Virus record (IMG/VR): IMGVR_UViG_3300010222_000173
Span: 1 to 37,350 of that record
DNA: 37,350 nt
Reading direction: 5' to 3' (one strand)
Source: a virus
Lineage: Duplodnaviria > Caudoviricetes
Position 1 is the stretch's first letter. Each line of letters begins with the position of its first letter. This document shows positions 14,906 through 24,770 of the stretch, one piece after another. The position numbers were made by a program, and so were the translations under genes. Below the pieces are notes generated by a model. The model made no database searches. It saw only the letters and a list, made by a program, of their open reading frames with translations, and was not told where the DNA came from.

Positions 14906-16350
14906 ATTCAGCCTTAAACTACGTCGCTGAGCTGGAGGAGGAGACGATCCGTGAGGTGCATTCCGGGGAGATTGCTAGAACTGTTCTTTCAAATACTGCC
15001 CAAGAGAGAGGCTTCCCGAAAAAAGCCGGGGAGCTTGCTCATCGCCTCATCCGAGCCCACGAGAATATCGAGGCGTTCATCGCCTTCTACTATGATGGCG
15101 TGAGCCACGCGATGGACGCGTCTGATAGCCCTGAGGTCGACGGCAATGTCGCTGATGTGACGGTCAAGTATCCGCATGGCCGGCCGGTTCGGGGGTTGAG
15201 TCGCCTCATGCGCGACCATGACGAGGATCCGGGAGAGTGGGAGGTGGAATCTCTGGAGGTCAATGAGTGGCCCACAACGATCGGCGCGGAGGAGGGCGTG
15301 ATCTACGTCAACAACTTCCAAGCAAAAGCCCGCCTCTCACGTAAGACTCGGGAGCCTCAGTACGAGCGCGTACGGCCAGTCGAGGTGGACGCGCCACCGA
15401 CGCCCGACATTGAGACGGCTGAACGCCACCGGCCAGAAGGGTGGAAGACAGGCCTCATCATCATGGATCGCCAGACCGGCCACCGCCGAGGTGAGCAATC
15501 GTGGACCTATGACACGATTCACGACCGCGAAGCGATTGACCTTGCTGTGCAGGTGGCCGCAAAAGCCAAGCCCGAAGTGATCGTAGATGTGGGTGACATT
15601 TTGGATTTTGCGGGAGTGAGCTCATACGTCGGGACGCCTGACCTCAAGCGCTCCCTCCAACCTGCGATCTGCGAGGCGGCTTACGATAACGCGAGGCTCG
15701 CGAGCGCCGCCCAGCCGGAGGAGTTCCATATACTGGAGGGCAACCACGACCAAAGGCTAAATGAGAAGCTTTTGGAGGACGCGCGGGAGATGTATCAACT
15801 GCGCGAGGCGGAGGCGCAAATGAACGGCGGCCCGCCTGCGATGTCGGTGCCTGCTCTGCTCAACTTGTCGGACGCCGGCATTGAATGGCATGCTGGGTAT
15901 CCAGATAACGAACTGCTGCTCAACGATGGCCTTGCGATCGAGCACGGCGACACGGCGAAAAGTGAGAGCGGTGGCACGGTGCGGTACCTCCACAAGTACG
16001 AGATATCAGACTATAGCCGCATTTTCGGGCACATCCACCGGCACGAGCTCGCGTGGACGACCAAATGGAAGGGCTCCGAGAGCCGCGAGCTCTGCGCTGC
16101 GTCCGGTGGGTGCCTGTGCCGGGTGGATAAGGGTGCCGTGCCCGGCAAAAAGGGACGGCAGAACTGGCAGCAAGGCTTGATCCTCTGCCACTACGACCCT
16201 CAGGGGTGGGAGCACGTCATTGAGCCAGTGCGGATTCGACCGGACACCCGCTCTGGCGCGAGTGAGTGCTGGTTCCGAGGCGAGCGTTTGCGGGCGGATC
16301 CGCCGACTGCCCAAGAGCTGAGCCACGCAACTGGATTTAACTTTACATAA
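14902..16350 (+). CDS. Calcineurin-like metallophosphoesterase with N-terminal extension
   Basis: DRQ, VGDILD, EGNHD, EHG, FGHIH motifs. Confidence 0.88.
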   Translation: MNSALNYVAELEEETIREVHSGEIARTVLSNTAQERGFPKKAGELAHRLIRAHENIEAFIAFYYDGVSHAMDASDSPEVDGNVADVTVKYPHGRPVRGLSRLMRDHDEDPGEWEVESLEVNEWPTTIGAEEGVIYVNNFQAKARLSRKTREPQYERVRPVEVDAPPTPDIETAERHRPEGWKTGLIIMDRQTGHRRGEQSWTYDTIHDREAIDLAVQVAAKAKPEVIVDVGDILDFAGVSSYVGTPDLKRSLQPAICEAAYDNARLASAAQPEEFHILEGNHDQRLNEKLLEDAREMYQLREAEAQMNGGPPAMSVPALLNLSDAGIEWHAGYPDNELLLNDGLAIEHGDTAKSESGGTVRYLHKYEISDYSRIFGHIHRHELAWTTKWKGSESRELCAASGGCLCRVDKGAVPGKKGRQNWQQGLILCHYDPQGWEHVIEPVRIRPDTRSGASECWFRGERLRADPPTAQELSHATGFNFT

Positions 16351-16355
16351 CCGAA

Positions 16356-16913
16356 ATGACTAGCTGGGTCGAGTCACTTACTCAGGGCGCCGCTTGGCTC
16401 GGTGCGGGGGTGTTGCTACTGGCAGCGCTTGTGCTCGGCTATCAAGCAGGTCAGTGGACAGCGACGGAGAGCCCCCCCGAGGCCCGCATCGATACGGTGG
16501 AGGTGGGGCGCACCATCACGAGGCAAGACACATTGACGGAAACGGTACCGCGCACGGTGGTCAGATATGATACGGTGCGGAAGGTGGATACAGTCCGGCT
16601 TGCCGTGCCGACCAGCATAGACATCAAGGGCGTACTCCCGCCCTTGCCAATCGACATAGGCGATGAGGTGACGCTCACCTACTACGATACCCAAGCCCAA
16701 CGGTGGACTCAGAACCGATACGACATTCCGCAGGACGACTGGCACTTTTGGCCGAGCGTATCCGCGGTCACAACGCCAATCGGTCTCCAAGCGACGGCCG
16801 CGGTCAACCTGCACTGGAAGAAGGTGACACTGAGCGCAGGGTACATGCAAGCGGTTGACCGCCGGGGGCTGGCGGTGAGGATTGAGCTTCGACCTTTCAC
16901 ACTGAGCTGGTAG
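16356..16913 (+). CDS. Putative spanin-like membrane-anchored protein
   Basis: N-terminal TM, DTV-rich stalk, C-terminal beta-rich segment; end of lysis module. Confidence 0.5.
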   Translation: MTSWVESLTQGAAWLGAGVLLLAALVLGYQAGQWTATESPPEARIDTVEVGRTITRQDTLTETVPRTVVRYDTVRKVDTVRLAVPTSIDIKGVLPPLPIDIGDEVTLTYYDTQAQRWTQNRYDIPQDDWHFWPSVSAVTTPIGLQATAAVNLHWKKVTLSAGYMQAVDRRGLAVRIELRPFTLSW

Positions 16914-16916
16914 CAC

Positions 16917-17360
16917 ATGACGTACCTCGATCTCTTTACGCAAGTCCAACAGGGTCTCGCTGCTCTTTCCGGTGTAGTCTCGCATGACAGTTGGGACGGC
17001 GCCGAGACGACGCCCGTCCGCTACGCGATCGTCAAAGACGAGCGGCGCCTGAACGACGCGCTCCAGGGTGCCGACATGGTCGACGGCTATGTGGACGAGA
17101 TCAAGGCCATCGTGGAAGAACACATGGACGCCGCCCCACAGGAGGCAGTGGGCCGACTCCAAGAGTGGGCGCGTGCCGAGCTCTTCCGTGATGTGGACAC
17201 GGACGTAGAGCTTCCCGATGACACGGCCGAGGCGGTGCGGAAGGTGCTGGATACGGATGCGCCCTTTGAGCCCTACACCGTGACGGAGGAGCACATTAAG
17301 GCCGAGCCGCGTGTGCCGATTTGGGTCCTTTCGCTGGTAGAAGATTGGATGGTGGAATAG
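16917..17360 (+). CDS. Acidic hypothetical protein
   Basis: 147 aa, strong codon bias, co-oriented. Confidence 0.7.
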   Translation: MTYLDLFTQVQQGLAALSGVVSHDSWDGAETTPVRYAIVKDERRLNDALQGADMVDGYVDEIKAIVEEHMDAAPQEAVGRLQEWARAELFRDVDTDVELPDDTAEAVRKVLDTDAPFEPYTVTEEHIKAEPRVPIWVLSLVEDWMVE

Positions 17361-17395
17361 AGACGCAATCTCGCTAATGCAAAGCCGCTAACAGA

Positions 17396-18037
17396 ATGCC
17401 GATTGAGCCGCCGATATTTGGGGAGGTCCCGCTACAGGAGAAGAAGGAGGGGCCAGACGCCACCAGTGCCCTCACTGAGTACCGTAATCTGCACACGTCG
17501 CTGATCGGCTCAGCCGATGCGCTGCGGCGGCTTCCTCAGCCGGGAGAGGCGATGGTTCTGTTGTCCGAATCGGATTTGAACGCGTACACGCTGCTCTGCT
17601 GGGCGATAGAGCAAGTCGGGCCGCTCTCCGACCTCTTCCTCACGAGCTATAATGTTAACCAAGACATCATCCGCGCCTTCGGCGGCCTGCTTGACGACGG
17701 GCATACCGAGCGCCTATCCCTCGCCATCAGCCAAAGCGTAGAGAGCCGCCTGCCGGGCCGCGTGGCCGAGCTCCGGCAAATGTGGGCGTCTCATGCCGAC
17801 CGGATGCGTGTGGCCCTGGCCTGGAATCACAGCAAGGCGGCGCTTCTGGAGCCAAGCGGAGGGGAGGCGCCCGTAGTGATCACAGGCAGTGGGAACTACA
17901 GCTATAACGCCAACACCGAGCAGTACGTCGTGCTGCGCGACAGGGATTTGCATGAGTGGATGCGTGAGGATCTGGAGCGTCGCTTCTACGAGACTCGCAT
18001 GAACGACCGGCACAAAGTATGGGGCAGCGATGAGTAG
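17396..18037 (+). CDS. Phospholipase D-like (single HKD-variant) protein, probable nuclease
   Basis: TSYN upstream motif; NHSKAALLE...ITGSGNYS..NTE. Confidence 0.8.
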   Translation: MPIEPPIFGEVPLQEKKEGPDATSALTEYRNLHTSLIGSADALRRLPQPGEAMVLLSESDLNAYTLLCWAIEQVGPLSDLFLTSYNVNQDIIRAFGGLLDDGHTERLSLAISQSVESRLPGRVAELRQMWASHADRMRVALAWNHSKAALLEPSGGEAPVVITGSGNYSYNANTEQYVVLRDRDLHEWMREDLERRFYETRMNDRHKVWGSDE

Positions 18038-18473
18038 ACCGCAGGAAGAACTCATAGAGACCGCCAAGCGACGTCGCTACGCGCTTCGGTGCCGCCAGCA
18101 GGGCGCGACGTATAAGGAGGTGGCGAATGCCTGCATCGAGAAGTGGGGGAAAGAACAGCTTCCAAGCGGCTACGATGAGCGCTACGCTTGGCAAGACATC
18201 CATCGCGCACTCGAAAAGGTGCAAGAAGATGTGGCCGAAGAGGCCGAAACCGTACTTCGCCTCGAAATCCGCCGACTCGACGAAATGCAAAGCCGCCTTT
18301 ACCCGGTGGCGCTGGGGGACGAGACCACGCCCCCCGACCCCAGGGCAGTCGACCGCATTCTGCGCATTATGAAGCGCCGCGCCAAGCTGCTCGGCTTAGA
18401 CGAGCCGGATGAGGTAGAGCACAGCGGCGATGCGTTCAGCGTGACCATCACCCCGCCTGAGACCGATGATTGA
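18030..18473 (+). CDS. terS: Terminase small subunit (HTH)
   Basis: ALRCRQQGATYKEVA HTH; LE..RLD, RRAKLLGLD motifs; precedes terL. Confidence 0.8.
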   Translation: MSRPQEELIETAKRRRYALRCRQQGATYKEVANACIEKWGKEQLPSGYDERYAWQDIHRALEKVQEDVAEEAETVLRLEIRRLDEMQSRLYPVALGDETTPPDPRAVDRILRIMKRRAKLLGLDEPDEVEHSGDAFSVTITPPETDD

Positions 18474-19611
18474 AATTGAGGCCACAAGCCCCCAATATAG
18501 TTTCTTGCGGTCGCCTGCTCGCTACCGAGCGTTTATCGCGGGGGTCGGCTCTGGTAAGACGTACGCGGGTGTTCTGGCATCTTTGCTGGCGTGCCAGCGG
18601 GCCGAGCGGGGTGCTGTTGTGGCACCGACCTACCCCATGTTGAAGGATGTCGTACTCCCGACTTTTCGCGAGCTGGCTGACGAAGGCATTGACACGCTCA
18701 ATAAAGCTGACCTGTACGCCGATATGAAAAACGGCTCTCGGGTACTTTTCCGGTCCGCGGATAAGCCTGATCGGCTTCGGGGGATGAATCTAGGGTGGGC
18801 GTGGGTTGATGAAGCCGCGATCATTGACGAGGAGACGTGGGACATCTTGCTCGGCCGGCTTCGCCTTGACCCGGGCCGCGCGTGGCTTACGACTACGCCC
18901 AAAGGTCACAACTGGGTCTACGACCGCTTCGTCGAGAGCCCTGGCGGGGAGCACGAGACAGTGCGCGCCTCCACGCGTGATAACCCGCACCTCCCTGAGG
19001 ACTACATCCAGAGCCTAAAAGAGCAGTACACCGAGCGCTTTCGGCGGCAGGAACTGGGAGGGGAGTTTATCGAGGCGCAGGGGGCACTTTGGAGCTGGGA
19101 TCACATCCAGCGGGCGAAAAGCGTCCCCCAAATGGACCGTATCGTGGTCGGCGTGGACCCGGCTGGTGGCGGGCTGGATGAGGTTGGGATTGTAGCCGTG
19201 GGCAGAGCTGGAGATCGCGCCTTTGTTCTGGGAGACCACTCAATGCAGGGCTCCCCTAATGCCTGGGCCGACGCGGTTGTCAGCGCGTACCACGAGCACG
19301 AGGCCGACCGGGTGGTGGCCGAGAAGAACTTTGGCGGCGAGATGGTGGAGTCTACCTTGCGCACGGCTGACCAAGATGTGCCTGTCAAAATGGTCAATGC
19401 CAGCCGCGGGAAGCAGCAGCGGGCCGAACCAACCGCCGCGCTCTATGAACAAGGGAAGGTGAGCCACCGCGGGCGCTTAGAGAACTTGGAAACCCAGATG
19501 ACCACGTGGAACCCGCAGGAGGATGATAGCCCCGACCGCGTCGACGCCCTCGTATGGGCGCTGACCGAGCTTATGCTTGAGAACTCACAGCCAGGATTTG
19601 TCATCGCATGA
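18466..19611 (+). CDS. terL: Terminase large subunit
   Basis: Walker A AGVGSGKT, Walker B WVDEAA, TTTP motif III, GVDP and DRVDA nuclease motifs. Confidence 0.96.
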   Translation: MIEIEATSPQYSFLRSPARYRAFIAGVGSGKTYAGVLASLLACQRAERGAVVAPTYPMLKDVVLPTFRELADEGIDTLNKADLYADMKNGSRVLFRSADKPDRLRGMNLGWAWVDEAAIIDEETWDILLGRLRLDPGRAWLTTTPKGHNWVYDRFVESPGGEHETVRASTRDNPHLPEDYIQSLKEQYTERFRRQELGGEFIEAQGALWSWDHIQRAKSVPQMDRIVVGVDPAGGGLDEVGIVAVGRAGDRAFVLGDHSMQGSPNAWADAVVSAYHEHEADRVVAEKNFGGEMVESTLRTADQDVPVKMVNASRGKQQRAEPTAALYEQGKVSHRGRLENLETQMTTWNPQEDDSPDRVDALVWALTELMLENSQPGFVIA

Positions 19612-19769
19612 TCGTGTTGCTTTGGATGCTGTTATATCCGCTGGTGGCCGTGCTTGACACTGCCCTCCGTGTGATCTACACCGATACCGACATTGGTCGC
19701 CACAATCGGGGTCACGCTGCTGTCTACTTCGTTGGGACGCTCATCATGATTACCCTGCACTATGTTTGA
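19608..19769 (+). CDS. Small membrane protein between terL and portal (53 aa, not in ORF track)
   Basis: MIVLLWMLLYPLVAVLDTALRVIY...AAVYFVGTLIMITLHYV; overlaps both neighbours. Confidence 0.6.
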   Translation: MIVLLWMLLYPLVAVLDTALRVIYTDTDIGRHNRGHAAVYFVGTLIMITLHYV

Positions 19770-21039
19770 CTTCAGCGCCTCCCAAAGGGCAGACGGAAAT
19801 GTCGTTGCCCCGACCACAGACGTAACCCTATCCAGCGCCTTTGGGCTTCTAGACCGCAACCGTCCTAGCGAACGGCAAATCCGGCGGCAGCTACGAGGCA
19901 CGCTAGACGCTTGCCTTCGAGCACGAGCGAAGCTATTCGCCCGAGCCGCACTTCCTGGCATGGACAGCGAGGGATTCAAGGTGAAGCGTGTCACAGGGGA
20001 CGGGATGGAAGATGTGGAGGAAAGTCATCCGTGGATGCGTCTTATCCGCCAGCCCAACGAATACAGATCGGCGTACGATACGTGGTACTGGTCGCGAATG
20101 GCGGCGGATGTGCAAGGAACGGCCCCATTCATCGTTCGGGACGATGGCGTAGGACGGCCGAGCGCGCTTTTAGAGGTTTTCCCCTCCTTCGGGCAGATGC
20201 GGGAGCGGCTCAACCGAGAGGGGGGAGTAACTGGCTACGTCTACCACCGGTCAGACGGGAACGATATCCGACTCAGCGCCGAGGACGTAGTCACGATCAA
20301 GCGGACAGACCCGACGGTGCCACACGGCACGATATCAATTCTTGAGAGCCTCGTGTATGAGGTATCCAGCGACCAAGCAGCTGCCGCATACCGTCAGAAG
20401 ACGTACAGCGAAGGGCGGCCGCCCCTGCTCTATATGAGCACTGAGCAGTCAATAGGGCCGAAGAAGGCGCGTGAGCAGGGACAGCGATTCAAAAACGAGT
20501 ATATGCAGCCGGGCGGCGAGGTCAAGGGCGTACCCGTAATGTATTCCGGCATGGAACTCCAATCCCTAGGGCTTGACCCGGATGCTTTCCAGATGCTTGA
20601 AAGCCAAGAGCTTGACCATGACGTAATCTTCCGCGTAACCGGAATAAACAGCGCGTATCTGGATCAGGGCTCCAATCGGGCGGAGGCCGAGCAGGCCGAG
20701 CGATCAATTCTGAAGGGAACTATTCAACCCCTCCTTACTCAAACGGCGTATCAGTTGACGCTGAGTTTAAAGCAGGCGTTCGGGGCAGACGAGGGCGCCC
20801 TTCGCGTCGTGCCGCCAGATGTGCGGCCGCAGGACCCTAAGCAGACCGAAGAGGTCAATCGCAAGCGGTTGGAGCGAGGCGTGACGCCCGCCCAGATTAT
20901 GCGGGAGCGGGGCGAAGAAGTGCCAGCGGAGCATGAAGAGATGCTTGATCAACCTTTTCTCCCGAAAGGGATCGTCCCAGCCGGGCAGTCGCAAAGCCCA
21001 CTTGCGCCGCGTGACGGGAATGCGGGGGATTTTCTGTAG
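19762..21039 (+). CDS. Portal protein, HK97 family
   Basis: HPWMRLIRQPN, DAFQMLESQEL, IFRVTGI, TIQPLL motifs; position after terL. Confidence 0.92.
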   Translation: MFDFSASQRADGNVVAPTTDVTLSSAFGLLDRNRPSERQIRRQLRGTLDACLRARAKLFARAALPGMDSEGFKVKRVTGDGMEDVEESHPWMRLIRQPNEYRSAYDTWYWSRMAADVQGTAPFIVRDDGVGRPSALLEVFPSFGQMRERLNREGGVTGYVYHRSDGNDIRLSAEDVVTIKRTDPTVPHGTISILESLVYEVSSDQAAAAYRQKTYSEGRPPLLYMSTEQSIGPKKAREQGQRFKNEYMQPGGEVKGVPVMYSGMELQSLGLDPDAFQMLESQELDHDVIFRVTGINSAYLDQGSNRAEAEQAERSILKGTIQPLLTQTAYQLTLSLKQAFGADEGALRVVPPDVRPQDPKQTEEVNRKRLERGVTPAQIMRERGEEVPAEHEEMLDQPFLPKGIVPAGQSQSPLAPRDGNAGDFL

Positions 21040-21077
21040 GCTCGGATGCTGGCGACATCCGAGCCGCAACACGCCGG

Positions 21078-21968
21078 ATGCTTCGGGATGAGGCGCCGAC
21101 CCTTCAGGAACTAACTGAGGAGTGGCAAGCCATCGACCAGCGGCGCCGGCAAGTCGCGGGGCCGCTGTTCTGGGATCTTCGCCAATACTTCCGTATGCTC
21201 GCCGACAGAGCCGAGGGGCGGATTCGTGAGGGAACCTTCCAGCTGCAAGGGAGCATCGCCATACGCGAAGGCGCGCTTGCCGCGGAGAAAATCCTTCCGA
21301 TTCAAGAGATTCTTGCGGACTTGCAAGAGGTATTTGGTGAGCATACAGCAAGCCTTGTGCGCCATGGCGTAGAGGCGGCTTCCCAAAGGGTGGACGCCAA
21401 CCCCGACTTCGACCCCACTGACCCCAGCGTTCAAGAAGTCCTTGAGGCGCTGAATCGACAGGCGAGGGGTATCAGCCGCACGACGCAACGCGATATCAAC
21501 GAGGAGATCCAAGAGGCGGCCACCGAAAACGAAACGCTTTCAGAGGCAGCAGACCGCGTCGCACGCCGCCTCCGCCGGATGGCAGACGGGGACAAAGACA
21601 CAAGCACGGATATTAGCCAGAGCCGTGCCCGCCGTATCGCGCAGACCTCAACCACTACAGCGTTCGAACGGGGTCAGCAGACCGCATTTAAGGACTTGGA
21701 CATGTACGGGATGCGCTGGCTTTCCCAGCGCGATGGCCGCGTTCGAAGAGGGCACCTTGAGGCGGACGGGCAGCAAGTCAGAATGGGACAGCCGTTCCGG
21801 ATCGCCCCTGATCCGGCGACCCCTGACGAAAACCTTCGCTTCCCCGGCGACCCAAAGGGAAGCCCGGCCAATATTATCAACTGCCGGTGCACGGCACTCC
21901 CAATCCGTGACCGCGAGACCTTTGAGGAGAAGCAGGAGCAGAAACCCGACCTATCAAACTTGTCCTAG
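21078..21968 (+). CDS. Minor head protein (Mu gpF / SPP1 gp7 family)
   Basis: WLSQRDGRVR..H..ADGQ, FPGDP, NIINCRC. Confidence 0.92.
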   Translation: MLRDEAPTLQELTEEWQAIDQRRRQVAGPLFWDLRQYFRMLADRAEGRIREGTFQLQGSIAIREGALAAEKILPIQEILADLQEVFGEHTASLVRHGVEAASQRVDANPDFDPTDPSVQEVLEALNRQARGISRTTQRDINEEIQEAATENETLSEAADRVARRLRRMADGDKDTSTDISQSRARRIAQTSTTTAFERGQQTAFKDLDMYGMRWLSQRDGRVRRGHLEADGQQVRMGQPFRIAPDPATPDENLRFPGDPKGSPANIINCRCTALPIRDRETFEEKQEQKPDLSNLS

Positions 21969-21970
21969 CC

Positions 21971-22174
21971 ATGGCTGAACTCCTACCTGTTCCAGAAAAG
22001 GCGAGCGATAAGGACCGACAGCGGATTGAGCAAGTGAACCGCAATCTCAAGATTCGCGAACAGTACCCACGTCTACGTGAAGAACATGGCTGGCAACGCG
22101 CGCAGTCAGTGCTTGCAGATAGGCATCACTGCTCTACACACACGATCCAAAAGGTTCTTGAGGAGCGCCGATAG
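21971..22174 (+). CDS. Small Mor-like HTH protein
   Basis: RNLKIREQY...LADRHHCSTHTIQKVL. Confidence 0.6.
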   Translation: MAELLPVPEKASDKDRQRIEQVNRNLKIREQYPRLREEHGWQRAQSVLADRHHCSTHTIQKVLEERR

Positions 22175-22340
22175 AGATCAATAGACTGTAGTTATATCCC
22201 TATCTCTACTCCTCTACGCACATACTGTGCGCAACCATCGTCGTATCTCGCAGCATATGAGATATGAGGTGTCCTTCTATTTTCGCATGCCCCTCACGTA
22301 ACAGCATCTGAGGGTTTACGATCAACCATATACCCGATCC

Positions 22341-23381
22341 ATGATACGTGCTGACGTCGAAGATTTAAGTGAAGGGGATATGGTCACTTGGGACTCCGCT
22401 GGTGGGGCGGCCTATGGCATGATTGATACAGTTGCAATGGGGGAAACTGTCAGTGGGAGCCTAGAGCCGGGCGACACCGAACACAACACGTCAGAGGATA
22501 ATCCCGGGCTGGTCATCGAGCTTGTAGAGCGAGATGAGGACGGAGAAATCGCTGGAACGGGCGATACAGTGTTCCACCGACCGGATACCGTTTCGGTGGC
22601 CGATAAGGGCGATGTGCCGCAAAGGTCCGTTCATGATGGCGAAAGTTCTTACGATGGCGGGAGTTATCGAGCCGTTCTCCCAGACGCGAACATCCGACAG
22701 ACTGCCGATGAGGATACTGTGACCGTGCAGTTCATGACGGAAGGCGTCGCACGAGATGGGATGGTCCTTGACGCGGACGGCATTGACACGGATGCATTCG
22801 AGCAGAATCCGGTCGTCCTCTGGTCGCACGGCACCGATCCCCGACGCGGAGACGAGCCGATCGCGAAGGCCTCCAACCTCCGCAGGAACGGCGATGGGTT
22901 ACTTGCCGATGTGACGTTTGCCGAAGATGAGTTTGCGCAACGTATTCGCGAGAAGGTTCGGAACGGTTTCGTGAACGCTGTGAGCATCGGCTGGCGGACT
23001 GAAGACATGAATCAAAGTGGGGACGTGCCAACCGTCACGCGTGCCGACATGACCGAGTTCAGCTTCGTTGCTGTGCCTGCTGACACGGACGCACTCGTGC
23101 AGGAGCGGACGGCTGTCAGCGAAGTGCAGCACAAGATGGAACGACTGGAACGTAAGATTCAAGACTTAACTAAACGGGCAGAGGCCACGGCCACGTCGCC
23201 GCAAACTGACTCCGGCAGTGAGGGTACGCCCTCACCGTCCGATGATGAGAGCCGCGACGCCGCCCAAGACCAGGCGCGATACGTGCGCCTTAGCACACTC
23301 CGCAAACTTAAGCGGGAGCAGAAAAAGGAGAGACGGCAACTCATTCGCACTGAACTCAAAAAAGCACTTGGGATGGCATAA
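22341..23381 (+). CDS. HK97-family prohead protease with acidic N-terminal extra domain
   Basis: NPVVLWSH, AVSIGW, EFSFVAVPAD motifs. Confidence 0.92.
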   Translation: MIRADVEDLSEGDMVTWDSAGGAAYGMIDTVAMGETVSGSLEPGDTEHNTSEDNPGLVIELVERDEDGEIAGTGDTVFHRPDTVSVADKGDVPQRSVHDGESSYDGGSYRAVLPDANIRQTADEDTVTVQFMTEGVARDGMVLDADGIDTDAFEQNPVVLWSHGTDPRRGDEPIAKASNLRRNGDGLLADVTFAEDEFAQRIREKVRNGFVNAVSIGWRTEDMNQSGDVPTVTRADMTEFSFVAVPADTDALVQERTAVSEVQHKMERLERKIQDLTKRAEATATSPQTDSGSEGTPSPSDDESRDAAQDQARYVRLSTLRKLKREQKKERRQLIRTELKKALGMA

Positions 23382-24700
23382 TGGCCGATTCTACCAACAC
23401 CGACGAACCCGACACCAACGAGCAGGACCCTGTTGTTGACGAAGAAACGGCGCGGGAGCTGCTCAACGACGACGACACCGACATGAGCGAGACCGTTCGC
23501 GAAGAACTTGAGGACCTGATCAGCGAGCGGTCTGAGGAATCTCAGCAGGAGCGAGACATCGCCCCGAGTGGCGGTAACGTTCGCGTGACGCGGGACTATA
23601 ATGAGCAGGAAGCCGTGATGGCCCGTGAGACGCTCGGGCTCATTGTCAACGCCCGAAACCCTCGCCAGGCGCAGGACCACGCCGAGCGCCTTATCCGCGG
23701 CGGGCACTACGGCCGCGACGTGACAGAGCAGGCGCGCGCGAGCGGTGATTTTTACTCTACTGTCGTGGATGCAGATGGTGGTCTGCTTCTGCCTACGCAA
23801 GTCCGGGATCAGATTGAGGAGATTGCTGATCAGGTAGGGGTTGCACGTGAGATCGTTGACACATTCGAACAGATCGAGGGCACCATCCGTGTTCCAGCCG
23901 CCACCGGCGTTGAGGATCAGGCCGACTTCGTGGCGGAAGGTGGCACGATTACCTCGAACAAGCGAGCGTTCCAAAGCGTCGAGCTAAATCCGCAAAAGGT
24001 GGCTCAGATTGTGCCTTGGACCTATGAGGCGCAGGTTGAGCTCGCTCCGCAGATCTTAAGCGACGTACAGCGAGCCATTGCCCGTTCCTTCGCTCGGGCT
24101 GAAGACGACGCGCTTTTGAATGGTGACGGCTCGTCGAGTTACAACAGCATCGATGGGTTGTTTTCCTCCAACAAGAGCGTACCGACATTCACGATTGGCT
24201 CCGGCGCAGACACGGCCGAGGACCCCGCCAACATCACGCCGGAGGAGCTGATCTTGGCACGGAATGAGGTTGACCCTGGGGCTCGTATGCTGCCGGATCT
24301 CTACTATGTCTTCCACCCCGACATGCGCAACGTCTTCCTTACCAAGAAAGACGATAACGGTGACTTTCTTTTCGAGGAAGACTTCCGCGAGGGCGGAGAC
24401 GACGCCGATCAGATCCGAAGCGTGGAGGTGCTCTTTACCGAGGTGCTCCCACAGCCGGGGAGCTCTCAGCCATCTACGAAGTTTGGCACACTGGTAAACG
24501 GGATGTACGTCAAGATGGCGACCGGTCAGGGCATCAGTACGGAGGAGCTTCGCACCGGCACCGTGCAGGACGCTGACACAGGTGCCGACATCAACCTCGC
24601 CACCCAAGACCTTCGGGCCCTCAAAGCGCGGCGGTTCTTCGACTTGGACTTCAACTTCGACCAGGCGGCGGTAAACTTTGAGACATCGACCACCACCTAA
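23381..24700 (+). CDS. Major capsid protein, HK97 fold
   Basis: DGGLLLP, FVAEG, ARAEDDALLNGDG motifs; follows the protease. Confidence 0.95.
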   Translation: MADSTNTDEPDTNEQDPVVDEETARELLNDDDTDMSETVREELEDLISERSEESQQERDIAPSGGNVRVTRDYNEQEAVMARETLGLIVNARNPRQAQDHAERLIRGGHYGRDVTEQARASGDFYSTVVDADGGLLLPTQVRDQIEEIADQVGVAREIVDTFEQIEGTIRVPAATGVEDQADFVAEGGTITSNKRAFQSVELNPQKVAQIVPWTYEAQVELAPQILSDVQRAIARSFARAEDDALLNGDGSSSYNSIDGLFSSNKSVPTFTIGSGADTAEDPANITPEELILARNEVDPGARMLPDLYYVFHPDMRNVFLTKKDDNGDFLFEEDFREGGDDADQIRSVEVLFTEVLPQPGSSQPSTKFGTLVNGMYVKMATGQGISTEELRTGTVQDADTGADINLATQDLRALKARRFFDLDFNFDQAAVNFETSTTT

Positions 24701-24724
24701 TCGAAGTAATGCAACCCTAGTGGT

Positions 24725-24749
24725 AGCGGCAGGGGGTGCCCCTGCCGCT
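24725..24749 (+). terminator. Hairpin after capsid gene
   Basis: AGCGGCAGGGG-gtg-CCCCTGCCGCT perfect 11-bp stem; weak U tract. Confidence 0.6.
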
Positions 24750-24770
24750 GTCATTATCCCAAGACTTAAC

